Shown here one piece after another: positions 35,332-47,302 of a DNA stretch of 64,000 nt (position 1 is the first letter of the stretch; every line of letters begins with the position of its first letter). Position numbers and translations under genes: made by a program. This DNA comes from Zancudomyces culisetae HAW-14-8 (taxonomy: Eukaryota > Fungi > Kickxellomycota): NCBI GenBank assembly GCA_052426225.1, contig JBNJNM010000013.1, positions 1,736,001 to 1,800,000 on the forward strand. Reading direction: 5' to 3'. The notes beneath the pieces are model-generated. The model was given only the letters and a program-made list of their open reading frames with translations. It had not been told where the DNA came from and made no database searches.

Positions 35332-37246
35332 ATGAACGACATATTTAAAGAAACTTTTGGTGGTGTTAAAAAATCTGTTGCCACTGCCCTGGTCGATGTT
35401 AAAGATTTCAGAATACCACTCCCCAACATAAAGGCAAACCTTTCATTTTTTAACTTTAATGATGAAGATACAAAAAGACTAGAGGAAAAGAAGAAAGAAC
35501 TAAAGGAAATTGAACTTGCGCAGAGTTCACTATCAGTAAAGAGAATTTGCGTCGGTATTTCTGGGTTATTGACATCAACAAATGTAATTATCGGGATGGT
35601 TTGTTTGAGTTTAGTGAACTCAAAACTGACACAAGAACAGGTTGTAGAAGAAGGGTTTCATCTTTTTCTTGAATATACACCTGTTAGAATAATAATGTTT
35701 GTTCTTACTCTTTTGGCATTCATTTCATATGCAATCCGTATATTAAATATCAAAATTGTTATGTTTACAATACTCACAATATTGTTTTCATTTTTAACAG
35801 GTAAGATATAATTGATCCACCTTAACGAGTTACATACAGATAAACGTATAGCCATATAGGTATTTTAATACTAAAACCAAACACCTAAAACATCTAAATA
35901 GTTGTATATGGCGTGGGAATAACAGCTTATATTATAATTTCCGATGGAAAATATGGCAGAAGTACAAAAGTTCCAGACGATTTTGTATATTTTATAATTG
36001 GTTACATTACATCCTTTACTGTTCTGGTACTGATAACGTGCGATTACATTTCAACCAAGGATTTCAGAAATAAAGGTAAATAAGGAATGTATACGGCGAG
36101 GAATGGGTTGGTGAACCTATTATGTAACTATAAAAACATTTATAAATACGCTAACTGGTATATGTAATACTACAAATAGGCAGCGGGATATCCTACAAAC
36201 AAAAAATGTTTATATTTAGCGTCACATTGATGTATACCTGGGTAATGGTGGGTGGTGTAGGATTCAAGTATTTGGAAGGAGATACATTTCTTTCAGGGGT
36301 TTATTTTTGTCTTATTACGGTTACTGCGATAGGAAACAGCGATATAGGACCTACTACAATACAATCGCAAGTCATTATGATGCTATGGACGATTGTAGCT
36401 ACAGTAGTCATGGGTATCTATTTTATCAACTACACCAATTTTCTATTGTCACTCCTAGAAACCATGAAAACGAACAAACTGGCCAAACTACTCAAAAAAC
36501 AAGTATTATTGAAAATTCAGCATACACAAAATAGGCTCGAATCTAGGAGTAACAGAAGAAGAGAAAATCCATCGCTGGAACACACAAAAACGTCTTACGA
36601 TGATGTCAATCTAACTCGAACTAGGTTCAACGCTTCGGCACGCAGCAGCATTGTAGGCGATGATTTTTATGGTAGTGAAAACCTGCGTCCTATTAGTCGT
36701 ACAGCTAAAAGCGAATTAAATTTGTACTCACTTGATGGAATGCACACAAGCTTTAAAGATGCCAGAGATGCTCCTAGTAGTATAGATAGTGGATTCCATC
36801 TTAGAAAATTCAGCAAGGAGGAAAACGTTCTTGAATTTGATTTAATCGAGGAAGAGCTTGAAAAGCTTAAAAACTCACCCAGACTTACTATGGAAATTGC
36901 AATATTCATAATTGTGTGTATACTTGTTTGGTTTGGTGTCATCTCCATCTTTTTTGCATTCAGAAACAAGTCATACACATTCTTCGAGGTGTTTTATTAC
37001 AGTTTCATTACGTACTCAACAATCGGTTTTGGTAAGAATATTTACGAAAGCGATGGCGAGATGATCTATTTCTGCATTCAAGTCCTGCTCATGGTATCGT
37101 TGTTTGGTGTATTTATCGCAGGCATCTCTGATTTTGTACAGTCATGGCTTACATCAATTATAAAGCCAGAAGAAACGGATAAGACTAAAAGAACCGAAAC
37201 GGATAAGATATTATCCAAGGTTCATAAACTTTTGAAAAGGCGTTGA
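35332..37246 (+). CDS. TOK1: TOK-type two-pore K+ channel, paralogue B (non-canonical P1 filter TAIGNSD); exons 35332-35800, 35902-36075, 36180-37246
   Basis: Same 8-TM architecture; NK-GSGISYKQK; P1 ITVTAIGNSD, P2 YSTIGFGK; intact ORF. Confidence 0.88.
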
Positions 37247-37571
37247 ATCAAATTGTTGTCTGGAAAGTATACCAAAGCTGCTATTGCTTGAAAAGGCAGA
37301 TAAGATGCTGGTGGTTTTTTTTGTCTTGTAGTATGCTATGCATCTTCTTGTTCATAATCCGTTACCAGGAGCTATAGAGCTGTTTTTTTCGCACTTTTGC
37401 ATCATTTTATTCTTGAAAATACATTTATTAAATTAACCAATAACATATACTTTTTTAAAAAAATCAAAAAGATCTAATACACTCAAACCACGACCCCACC
37501 TCCCCCCTCCCCCCTCATACACCAAGGGACAAGAATAATATTTTAGCTAATATTTTGGGTAATGTAACAAA

Positions 37572-40067
37572 TCAACGTTTCTTTTTAGTCCTTCTCTCGA
37601 TGATTTCTTGGACCTTTTCTATCATTTTCTCCTCAACAATGTCGAGTCTTTCTTTTTTAACTGCTGTTGATATAAAATTCTGAACAAGCTGACTGACCGT
37701 AGCAATCATAAGGCCAAATATTGAGACCATGTATATTGCGGTAATCGAATAGTAAATCAAAGAGCCCTCGGTTTTAAAAACTATTTCCCCATATCCTGGG
37801 GGTAGTAAATTTAGTACGTCACTGAGAAATAAATAACGATTTCGCATATAGTAGATAAATAAATAAAAATATGGAAATCACGAAATTGGTGCCCATGGAC
37901 TTACCTACTGTAGAGTACGCAATAATACATAGATATATTATATCACCATAGGAATACTCATTATCCTGGAATATATGAAAAAGAGTGACAAAAAAAACCC
38001 AGACTCCAAGTAAAAACACAATAACAAGACCCAGGCTAAGTGTAATTCGGGAAGAGGATTTTAGAGCCACAATCTGTTGTTCAAGGGCGTCATATTGTAC
38101 AAACGGGGTATCTTTGTCATAGTTATGGTGGTGATGTGTGGTAAGAATACCACCAGCCAAATGGTTCTCAATATACTTGGTTACCGGGTGGTCGTTACTT
38201 TTTTCAGTTTGGTGTCCGTGAGGAGAATGACCGTCGTTATGTGCATTATCATCACCTACAGTGTGTTTTTTTACAAGCCCTGCAATGTGAAATCCTGTGT
38301 TGGTTAGGCCAATTTGTAATTTTTTTCCCTTAGCCTTTTTCATTGTTGATCTGACTATCCGTTTGCGGGTGAGTAGGCCAGTTCTTTTATCTATATCGTT
38401 TATTTTTAAAGCAAGCTGCTCGCTTATTAGCTGAGCCATCTTTCTTAGTTTATATACATCAAGTAAGGAAACCACAAAATTTCCAAAGTTTATGGCGTAT
38501 ATACTCATAATCATTATTCCGAAGATTGCCCATGGAACCATTATGAATTTGGCGAGTGATGTTGTGGGTACATAATCTCCAAATCCTGTTGTTGTTGCGG
38601 TTACTAGTAATTGTTATATACAAAGAAAAAAAGGTTAATACACCAATCCCCAATATATAGGTGTCGAGCATTGTGTTCAATGAATACATACCTAGACAAT
38701 AGTAAACTCCCACCAGTATGGTTTTTCCTTCCAGATACTTAAACAAAAGTCCGCCCAACATGACCCAGGCATAAACGGCAATAAAGCTTATCTGTAGCAG
38801 TTTTAGTTTGTATGATACACCGCTGCCTACATGTATATTTAGATTGTATTTTTTCAGTATATGATGCATGTTGATACGATACTATGATTGATGTGCTATT
38901 AAATATTATATTAACCTAAGCTTAGTATACCATACCTTTATGCTTGAAATCTTTGGTCATAAAGAAATCGAATAGTAGTATAATAACGGCCAGGGCCGTA
39001 CATGCAATGCTGAAAATAAAGTATCCAAATCCTGTTGGGACTTTGGTTTTCAAATCGTACGCATTGTTAGAAACCAAAATATAAATTATGATTCCAAGTC
39101 CAAATGCAACTATTATTATAAAAGGGTACACACATTGAACATAGTATTAGAACAGAAAATAGCAAAACATCTGGTGATTGAAGGGGGGGGGGATCAGATT
39201 TATTGTATGTAGAAAAGTATGTGGCTTACATGTGATGAACTGTAGGGTAATCGTCAAAAATGTAAAAAGCACGATACGATAGTTTAGTATACGCATGGAA
39301 TGTGCTATGAAGGATAGGATACCAAGTACAAGCATGAACAGCCTGAGCGAGTTTTTTTCTATTCAAAGAGTAGGTGAATGTACAGATACATGTACGTTAG
39401 TTTGAAAATGTTGGCTGTATTCATAACGGACAATGTATTTAAGATTCTGAGTAGTCCATCTATAATAATGACTTGCCTAAAATTATATGGAAACCCTCTA
39501 ATCAAAAATATTCAATAAGTTTATGTATTAGTATAACTCCCTTTATGATTTTATAATATAAGAACAAAAGTACAAAATAAGCATGATAATGAGAGAGGTA
39601 AATAAATAAATTCATAATAGGGTCACCAATAAAGGCCAAAAATTACCTTCAATACAGTCGGTTTTAGTTACTGATTCGCGTGTTAAGCTAGTACAGGACA
39701 AACTTAGAATCAAATTAATCACAACGAGAAAGCTCGCAAGCGCAACAATACCCCACCGTGCGAACAGGGATCCTTCGGTAACACTTATCTCCACCAACCG
39801 GTTGTTATCCTTTTCGAGTCTTTTTTTTGATTTTTGGGAGTATTGGTGACTGTTGTCATGGTCATACTTGGTTTTGCTTTTCCCTTTGTATTTATGATTG
39901 CTTTTGCGATAACCCATAACTCTTTTTCTTTTATGCGGTTGTGGTTCTTTGAATTTGACTTTGTGGTCGCTAGAGAAAGAGGTGCCCGACATATCGCCAG
40001 AACTTGAGGTAGAGGTATAATCCTCAGTATCGCTGTACTCGAACTGTGGTTGTTCGTTCCGTGCCAT
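37572..40067 (-). CDS. TOK1: TOK-type two-pore K+ channel, paralogue C; exons 40067-39647, 39497-39477, 39358-39230, 39109-38936, 38826-38692, 38603-37905, 37795-37572
   Basis: HK-GSGVSYKLK; P1 VTATTTGFGD, P2 YSTVGYGE; 21-nt micro-exon (EGFHIIL) with GC donor; His-rich S6-S7 loop. Confidence 0.87.
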
Positions 40068-41175
40068 TAGTGCTTTATATTTTTGTCGTTTGTATTCCTG
40101 CCTTTATATTGTCTGGTTTATTTTCCTTACCCGTACTTTGCACCATTCGATTATATTTTCAAGTATCTAACTATTGTAATTCCTGTAATATATTTGTACT
40201 TTGGAAAACCAACCGTTGGAGTAATATTCAAGGTGGCTGGTTGGTAACTGTATACTGAAGCTCAAATAAAGTTCCCAAATAGTAAAATAAAGAAGGTGAA
40301 AAAGAGAAAGGGGAAAGACGGAAAAATAGAAACACTGTTTATTTGTTGAATCAGATCAAACATGAGCTTTTCAAACATCATGTGCTAATAGGAGCGTATA
40401 AAAAAAATTTTTTGTCAATACAAATCCCGTTTGCATGTTATTCTGCTGCTCTATATAGTTCAAAATTTGGTTGACAAAAGTAAAACTGGGTCTGAAAACA
40501 AAGTAAATAAAAGACAACGTAATACGAGATAGTAAAAAGGGTAGAGGGGGGGAGGGGGGGTGGATGATGAAAAAGTGAAGCATAAACTATAGTATCTGAA
40601 TGATGAAAGGGGTAAATGAACAACAATGAAACCACTCTGCTTTCGTTCTACAAGTGGTAGAGGCGTTGAAAGAACTACAAGCATCAAATAGCTTGCAGAA
40701 TGCGAAAGTTATACATAGATAGTTTATTGCTAAATTCATTGTGAAATATGAGAATTATTCATGTTAGAGAAGCCTTTGGTATAAACATAGAAAAAATCTC
40801 AAACCATCTCAAACCTGCTCTTACCTGCGTTTGGTACATCTCTCTTGCCGCCGCCTTGGCAAAAAAATTTTTTTTGGAGATTATGATTTATATTTTTTTT
40901 GGAAAAACAACGATTAGCCAATAATATATAGTAACTGATAAATCTAAGAAATAGATGAAATTTTCTATAGGTGGAGTAAGCCTGATATCAAAGCGACAAG
41001 TTAAAAAAAAAAAGAAAGCTATATAAAGAAAGAATTGAGGATTGAAAAAATAAACATATAAAACACAAGTGTACACAGTTTTGATAGGGTATTGTTGAGC
41101 ATTATTTATTTAATAAAGTATAGAAAGAATGTGTAAATAGACATACATATAGCTAGATACATCAAAAATATAGAA

Positions 41176-44100
41176 ATGTTTGCAAAAATATACAGAGTAA
41201 AATTAGCGAGTAGGACGATTCCCAGGGTGACAAAAACCACACTCCCGATATTTACGCATAGCGAAGTTGGAGTTGGGCATGGTGTTAGATATGGCAACAA
41301 AAATACATATACTACAGTGCATCACAGTGGTGAGGGAAATGAACGAGACGAGATGAAAAAAGCGAAAGAAAAGGAGGTGATGGAGTTTGAGAGGATGATT
41401 GGTGATTTGGTGGAGGCAGCGAAGAGGGAGGATATAGGACACTCGTATCCACAGGTTTTTGGAGGATTAGATGGAGGAAATAACCAGGCAGTTAACGTTA
41501 CAAACGTCGATAAGGATGTGAAATTGGTTTTAAAAAGAAGACCATGGAGATATAGATACAAAAGAGCTGGTGATTACTTCCTAGATAAACAGGAACATAC
41601 ATTAGATGAAGGTGAGGAAGTACATGAGGGACATGAGAAAGAAATAGATGAAAAGCAGTTGCACGACAAAAAGGGAGAGGAGGATTTGAAAAAGATTCGG
41701 AAATTTAAGGCAGAAATCATGGATCCAAAACTTGTAGTAAACATGATACTCGGATTGGATAACAGTGGACAGCTGGTAAAGGAAAGGAGGAATAATTTCA
41801 GCAAATATATTAGAAGTATTAGGAGAGAGGAGGAAGAGGAGTTTTCTAGGGAATTGGAACAGATATTTAGGAGAGGAAGAGAGGTAGACCAAGAAAACTT
41901 TGGCAAAGAGACAGAAGCGGTGGATATTGAAGGTGATGATAAGCAAATAAATGATGAAAGTAGTAGTATGAAGGTAGAGGGTGAGAATGGGCAGGAAGGA
42001 GTTGATAAGGAAAGGAGTGCGAATAGTAAGAGCAGGAACATGGATGGGAATATGAGTGGAGGTATAGGTGGGAGTATAGGTGGGAATAGGAGTGGGAATA
42101 GGAGTGGGAGTATGGGTGGGAATATAGGTGGGAAGAGGGAATACTCAAACTCATCAAAATTAAGAACATATAAAGTAAAAAATAAAGAAAAAACAACTGC
42201 AGAGAGGGGTGAAAACAACGAGTCTGGGAAGTATGGTGATGCTAGCATGCGTATGATTAGCTTGTGGATTGATGGGGAGAAATGTGCAGTAAAAGTGATA
42301 GGAGAGATTGGTGGTAAAGGGATGAGACAGAGAGGACGAGAGATAAAAGTAGGAGAAAGCGATACAAGCGTATTCTTTCCACAGGTTGGCGACCTGATAG
42401 AAACGAGACTGCATTTACACAACCAAGAGGTGGTTGATACAGGAATGTATACGAGAGCTGGTATTGTAACAGAGGAGCTTGAGGGAGTAAACAACTATAA
42501 AGTACAATTTATGTATCCAGAACCAGTAGAAATCCGAAAAAGGGATGTGGAATTGATAGGGGCGGGATATTTAACTATGAAGAGTGTAGTTAGGGACATA
42601 GCTGGAGGAAGAGGAGAAACCAAAAGTCGTATGAACAAGCATATGAAATCCAAAAAGGATTCAGAATCGAGATCAAAGTCAGAGGCAAGCGAATATCAGG
42701 AAGAACAAGAAGAAGTAGATATCAAAATCACAAAAAAAGACATTGAAAAAATGTCAAGTGTAATATTGGTGACACGCATAAACGGCAATATTAAAAAGCA
42801 TTTGTGGAAAAGTGGACTGTTGGAAAAGGGTAGAAATGCAAAATTATATGATTGGCTTGTTAGTAACAATTACCGAACAATAAGTGTAGAGGGTCTAGCA
42901 GCGTATATAGCCAACAAGTGCAAAAGACCTAAATTTGAAAAGGGGGTTGTGGGTGAAAAAGATCGTGAGCCAGTGGTTGTGACGGAGGGAGAGTGGATAG
43001 AGATGAAGTTTGCGGCAATGGAGTTTTTTTTGAGAAATGCGATATATTTTAGACAAGGGGAGAAAAAAAGAAGTTTTTTACGGGTAGGAGTGGATATAGA
43101 ATATGAATTGGTTGAACGACATATCAGTAAAGAGTATGAAACTGTAAAGGGATGGATAGAAAGACGAGAAGAATTGAAGAAAAGAGTAGGCGAAAGGGGT
43201 CAAAGTGCAGATGAGGATGTGGATATAGTAGGTGAGTATATGAAGTGTGCCAAATCAAAACTAGCAAGATATTATAACAGTACCGAGTACAAGAATTATC
43301 GACGCGAATTGGGCAGATATAATAAACACGACATTGTGGTAAAAGGCGGTGTAGAGACAATCGTGGAACCCGATCGATACCACAAAGAGTTTGCCATGAT
43401 AAACCGCACACTGTTTAGATATGTGGCCTATGAAAATCGAGGACACAAAAAACAGGCCAATCCATTTGAAAAGATTGTATATAGTATAGTCAAGGCAACT
43501 GGGCTATATCAACTAGTAGATAAATCAATTGTCCAGGAGTATCTTAGTGTAGTTGATAAAGAAAATGGTGGAGCAATTGTGACCGAATACGACTACACAT
43601 CAAGACTACCCAGTATGGATAGTAATAGTTTATATTTGAGTAAACAAGCAGAGAAACAAGCAGCTGCGTTGGAAGCAGAGTTACAAAAGGGTAACCAAAA
43701 GGTGCGAGGTAGATTTAGCGAGCTAGAGGAGGAAATACGGGTGCCGTTTAGTAAGGATATTACGGTGTACACAATTGACGATGTGTCAACGCTGGATGTG
43801 GATGATGGGGTTTCGTACGAACCAATAGATAGCGGAGACGGAAATGTGGAAGCAAGTGGGTGGATTCATGTACATGTCGCAGATCCTACGCGACTAATCG
43901 AACCATTCGATGACATTTTCAAGTATGCTGAGCGGCGGGTTTCGTCGGTATATTTGCCTACAGGAACACACCACATGCTTCCCGAGTCACTAGCTACCAA
44001 AGAATTCAGTCTGGTTTCACCTCCATCATCCGAAACTGACGAAAAGCCACCAAGGCCAAAATACGCAATCACGTTTAGTGCAAGGCTGAGCCAACAGACT

Positions 44101-45582
44101 GGAGATATTGTTGATTATAAGGTCCAACTTACCACAATTTCGAATATCAAGCGACTAGATTACAACATGATTGATGAGGTCTTGCCATTTGATTACATTC
44201 CAGGTGGTAAGAGTGCTCTTGATTTCTACAAATCGATTTCCTTGTCCACAGGCCAAAACGACTCAAGCAATATCGAGAAATCGGCAAAACAAAGCAAAAA
44301 TAGTACCGATAGTACCGACAATACCTGTAGTGGGTACGGGCATGCACCAACACTTGCTCAAGAAGATGTTTCCAACTTGCTTCAGCTTCACACTTTGGCA
44401 AGAAAACATTTCGAACGTCGTATTTCCAATGGTTCAGTTAACCACGAACTTCCCAACTATTCTGTCAATGTTAATAGAAAGTCAGTAACAAATGATGGCA
44501 AAACACAGAGCCATCAAGATTCAGACGTGCAAATCACAGTGGTCCGCGACGTGGCTAGCGATTCGCCCGCCCATCTGATGAACAGTGAGTTGATGATTAT
44601 AGCAAATCGGGTGGCGGCCCGGTTTATCCATGACAATGCACCCAAAACTAAAATTATATACAGAGCACAGCTACCACCAACCGAAGCAGTCATGAACATG
44701 CCATACACAGACCCCAGCTCCCCAACTCCTGATGAAAACTCATCTCAAGCGGTAGAAGGCGGCAAGGATCACAGTGCCAGTGTCAGTACCAGCGCCACTG
44801 TTGCTAAGGAATGGGCAACCAATGGAGAGCTTTGGCAGGACATCACGCGTAACCGGGTCAATCCAATGACTGGAATGCTGGATTTGCGTAACTACAACCG
44901 GATCCGCTACTTCATGAACCAAAGTGTACTGACAACTGAAGCTGGATTACCACACATCTCACTGGGGCTTACAGATCCATTTGGTTACACACGAGTTACC
45001 AGTCCAATTAGGCGCTTTAGTGATTTGCTGACACATTTCCAAATTAAAGAAATTATGCTGGCCAAATCGCCAAACTCAAGTTTAAAGTATCCAGTTCTTA
45101 GTAAGGATAAAGGTGCACTACCTCCAGACCCCCGAATCCAAATATACTTATCATTTCCAAATACAATCAACAAATTGTGGCTAAAGGATCTCGAAATCAA
45201 GGCATATCACCGTCAAAACACATTATATTGGACGTACCGCGCAATTTTGGATATCGAATACGCAGTTCGAACGGGAAAGAATTGTGGTCCAGTACCTGCC
45301 AATGCTGTGTATAAAGTGGGTAAATTACCACGCAAAACTGGTGATAATGATAATGGTGATGGTGATGGTGATGGTGGTAATGTGTGTTTGTGGCCATTAC
45401 AAGTAGTGAACGCTGACTTGGGAGGAAAGAATTTTATTTGTTCCATCAAACACTTTAACATTCCAGTAGTTTTACCAGTATCCAAGACAAATGCTCATTT
45501 GACTGCGGGTGATGAGTTCTGGGGATATTTTGTATATTTAGAACCAGCACTTAATAACATTGTAGTTAATTCCGTACTTTGA
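41176..45582 (+). CDS. DSS1: RNB-domain 3'-5' exoribonuclease II, probably mitochondrial (Dss1/Cyt-4-like), intronless
   Basis: TIDDVSTLDVDDGVS catalytic motif, IHVHVADP, SVYLP, SELMIIAN, YTRVTSPIRRFSDLLTHFQIK; basic N-terminus resembling a presequence. Confidence 0.85.
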   Translation: MFAKIYRVKLASRTIPRVTKTTLPIFTHSEVGVGHGVRYGNKNTYTTVHHSGEGNERDEMKKAKEKEVMEFERMIGDLVEAAKREDIGHSYPQVFGGLDGGNNQAVNVTNVDKDVKLVLKRRPWRYRYKRAGDYFLDKQEHTLDEGEEVHEGHEKEIDEKQLHDKKGEEDLKKIRKFKAEIMDPKLVVNMILGLDNSGQLVKERRNNFSKYIRSIRREEEEEFSRELEQIFRRGREVDQENFGKETEAVDIEGDDKQINDESSSMKVEGENGQEGVDKERSANSKSRNMDGNMSGGIGGSIGGNRSGNRSGSMGGNIGGKREYSNSSKLRTYKVKNKEKTTAERGENNESGKYGDASMRMISLWIDGEKCAVKVIGEIGGKGMRQRGREIKVGESDTSVFFPQVGDLIETRLHLHNQEVVDTGMYTRAGIVTEELEGVNNYKVQFMYPEPVEIRKRDVELIGAGYLTMKSVVRDIAGGRGETKSRMNKHMKSKKDSESRSKSEASEYQEEQEEVDIKITKKDIEKMSSVILVTRINGNIKKHLWKSGLLEKGRNAKLYDWLVSNNYRTISVEGLAAYIANKCKRPKFEKGVVGEKDREPVVVTEGEWIEMKFAAMEFFLRNAIYFRQGEKKRSFLRVGVDIEYELVERHISKEYETVKGWIERREELKKRVGERGQSADEDVDIVGEYMKCAKSKLARYYNSTEYKNYRRELGRYNKHDIVVKGGVETIVEPDRYHKEFAMINRTLFRYVAYENRGHKKQANPFEKIVYSIVKATGLYQLVDKSIVQEYLSVVDKENGGAIVTEYDYTSRLPSMDSNSLYLSKQAEKQAAALEAELQKGNQKVRGRFSELEEEIRVPFSKDITVYTIDDVSTLDVDDGVSYEPIDSGDGNVEASGWIHVHVADPTRLIEPFDDIFKYAERRVSSVYLPTGTHHMLPESLATKEFSLVSPPSSETDEKPPRPKYAITFSARLSQQTGDIVDYKVQLTTISNIKRLDYNMIDEVLPFDYIPGGKSALDFYKSISLSTGQNDSSNIEKSAKQSKNSTDSTDNTCSGYGHAPTLAQEDVSNLLQLHTLARKHFERRISNGSVNHELPNYSVNVNRKSVTNDGKTQSHQDSDVQITVVRDVASDSPAHLMNSELMIIANRVAARFIHDNAPKTKIIYRAQLPPTEAVMNMPYTDPSSPTPDENSSQAVEGGKDHSASVSTSATVAKEWATNGELWQDITRNRVNPMTGMLDLRNYNRIRYFMNQSVLTTEAGLPHISLGLTDPFGYTRVTSPIRRFSDLLTHFQIKEIMLAKSPNSSLKYPVLSKDKGALPPDPRIQIYLSFPNTINKLWLKDLEIKAYHRQNTLYWTYRAILDIEYAVRTGKNCGPVPANAVYKVGKLPRKTGDNDNGDGDGDGGNVCLWPLQVVNADLGGKNFICSIKHFNIPVVLPVSKTNAHLTAGDEFWGYFVYLEPALNNIVVNSVL

Positions 45583-47253
45583 ATATAGAAACATTTCATT
45601 TACTCTAAAGAGGAGGGCAAGTGGAGGGCAAGTGGAGGTATTTTTCATTGATTTGAATTTAAATAGTTTCAAATATAGATCAAATAAAAAAAAAATAAAG
45701 TTGTGGAGATTATAGTTATTTTGCATTTTATCGTATTTGTATTGTATTGTTATATTTTATTTTATTGTATTTTGTATTGATGATATTGCACTTGATGTTG
45801 AAAATTGCCCTAAAGAAAAGAAAATACAGGGCTATTTTTACACATCTAAAGTTTAACTTGAAACTTTGTTCCATTTTGTTTAGTTTTCTTGTGAACTTGT
45901 GTGTTGTAGTATAAATACATTTTATATTTTTTTTATATCTAAATGATACTTGTTGTATTTAGTCAAGTTTTTCTTGGCTCTGGTCCTATAAATACTATTG
46001 CTCACATTTGCTACTATACGAATGATTTTGTTATATTAGATCACTTTGATCACATTTACATATCCTTTTTATTTCTTTTCTTTTTCTTTTGTTTTGTTTT
46101 GTTTCCTCCTCTATTATGATTTCCTTATGACCTCATACTTTGTTTTATTTTTATAATAACATTATAAAAGAATACAGATAAATACATAAATAAATAAATA
46201 TAGACAGTAAATGTTCTTATTTTACAGTTTGTTGGTCATTGCTTTATTGTATCATTAACAATACAGACTCTATAAAGTCGCTTTTGATAATTATATACAT
46301 TATAACCGTTGAATGAATTGGGAGTTTGTTTTTTTTTTATCAACTTGGAGCAAAGAAAAGGAGAGAAAGGGGAGAAAGGGGGGAAAGGGAGGGGAGAAAG
46401 GGAGGGGGATGTTGATTTCCTTGTGTATTATTCTCATCTTTTGATGAATTTTGATGGAATTTTTTCCCTTACTCATTTATATTCCTTTTATTCTTTTTAT
46501 ATTATAAAAAAAAGAAAAATAGGAAAAACAAAGCTGAATTCTAGAAAATCGGTAAACCATGAGAAAAGACGTTGCTTGTAGTTTGATACCCGCCCCTCCT
46601 CCTACCTCCTCCTACCCCTCCTCTTCCTCTTCCTCTTCCCTTTGCCTTCCCTTCCCTTCCCTATCCTATTCTATCCTACCCCTTTCCTCCACTTTGCTTT
46701 ATCTAAAGACAAAAGAATATAAAAGCTACTACCAATCTTTGATATTAACTTCACTCTTCATCATAATTGCATGTGTTCATTTTTTTTATAAAAGAATAAT
46801 GTGACCAGGATTAGAAGGATAACATGGATTATTCTGTTCTATTTTACTTTATTTCATTTTGTGTTGTGATGTGTTGTGTTGCAATACAAGTGAAACTTGT
46901 TGGAAAGGTTAAAAGTAAAAAATAAAAAAAAGACTTGTTTAGACAACAATCATCAATATCATCACTAGTTTTACTCGTTACTAGTAGGCATGTTATTGAA
47001 AGTAACCCAAATTCTCCCGTATATACACTCTGTGTACTCTATCTCTCTCTTATCCTCTCTTTCCTCTTTCCTCTCTCCTCTTATCTCACTTTTTTTTTTT
47101 TCGTTTACTATTGCCAAAAAAAAATGAAATAAAATAGAAAAAATAGAGTAAAAAAATTAAAGATTTAATTTATTTCTGGTTCCGGTAAAATTCAATTCCA
47201 AAACTCCAAATCCATTTTTTTTTTGATTAACCCAATTGCAAAAACAAAACTAA

Positions 47254-47302
47254 AACCATAAACCATAAACTATAAACCATAAGCTATAAACTATGAACTA
47301 TA
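47254..47302 (+). repeat. Degenerate 7-bp tandem repeat AAAC(C/T)AT, about 7 copies
   Basis: aaaccat aaaccat aaactat aaaccat aagctat aaactat gaactat. Confidence 0.8.

Noticed and set aside
30570-40067. TOK fragments as pseudogenes
   Set aside because: All fragments join in frame through GT-AG or GC-AG introns at homologous positions with no internal stops.
41574-42494. Long antisense ORFs (306 aa here; also 25209-26102, 51100-51621)
   Set aside because: Shadow frames of purine-rich or GC-rich coding strands; low-complexity S/F/L/P translations.
47254-47302. Interstitial telomere-like repeat (resembles AAACCCT)
   Set aside because: No unit matches a CCCTAA or CCCTAAA repeat; it is best read as a degenerate heptamer microsatellite.
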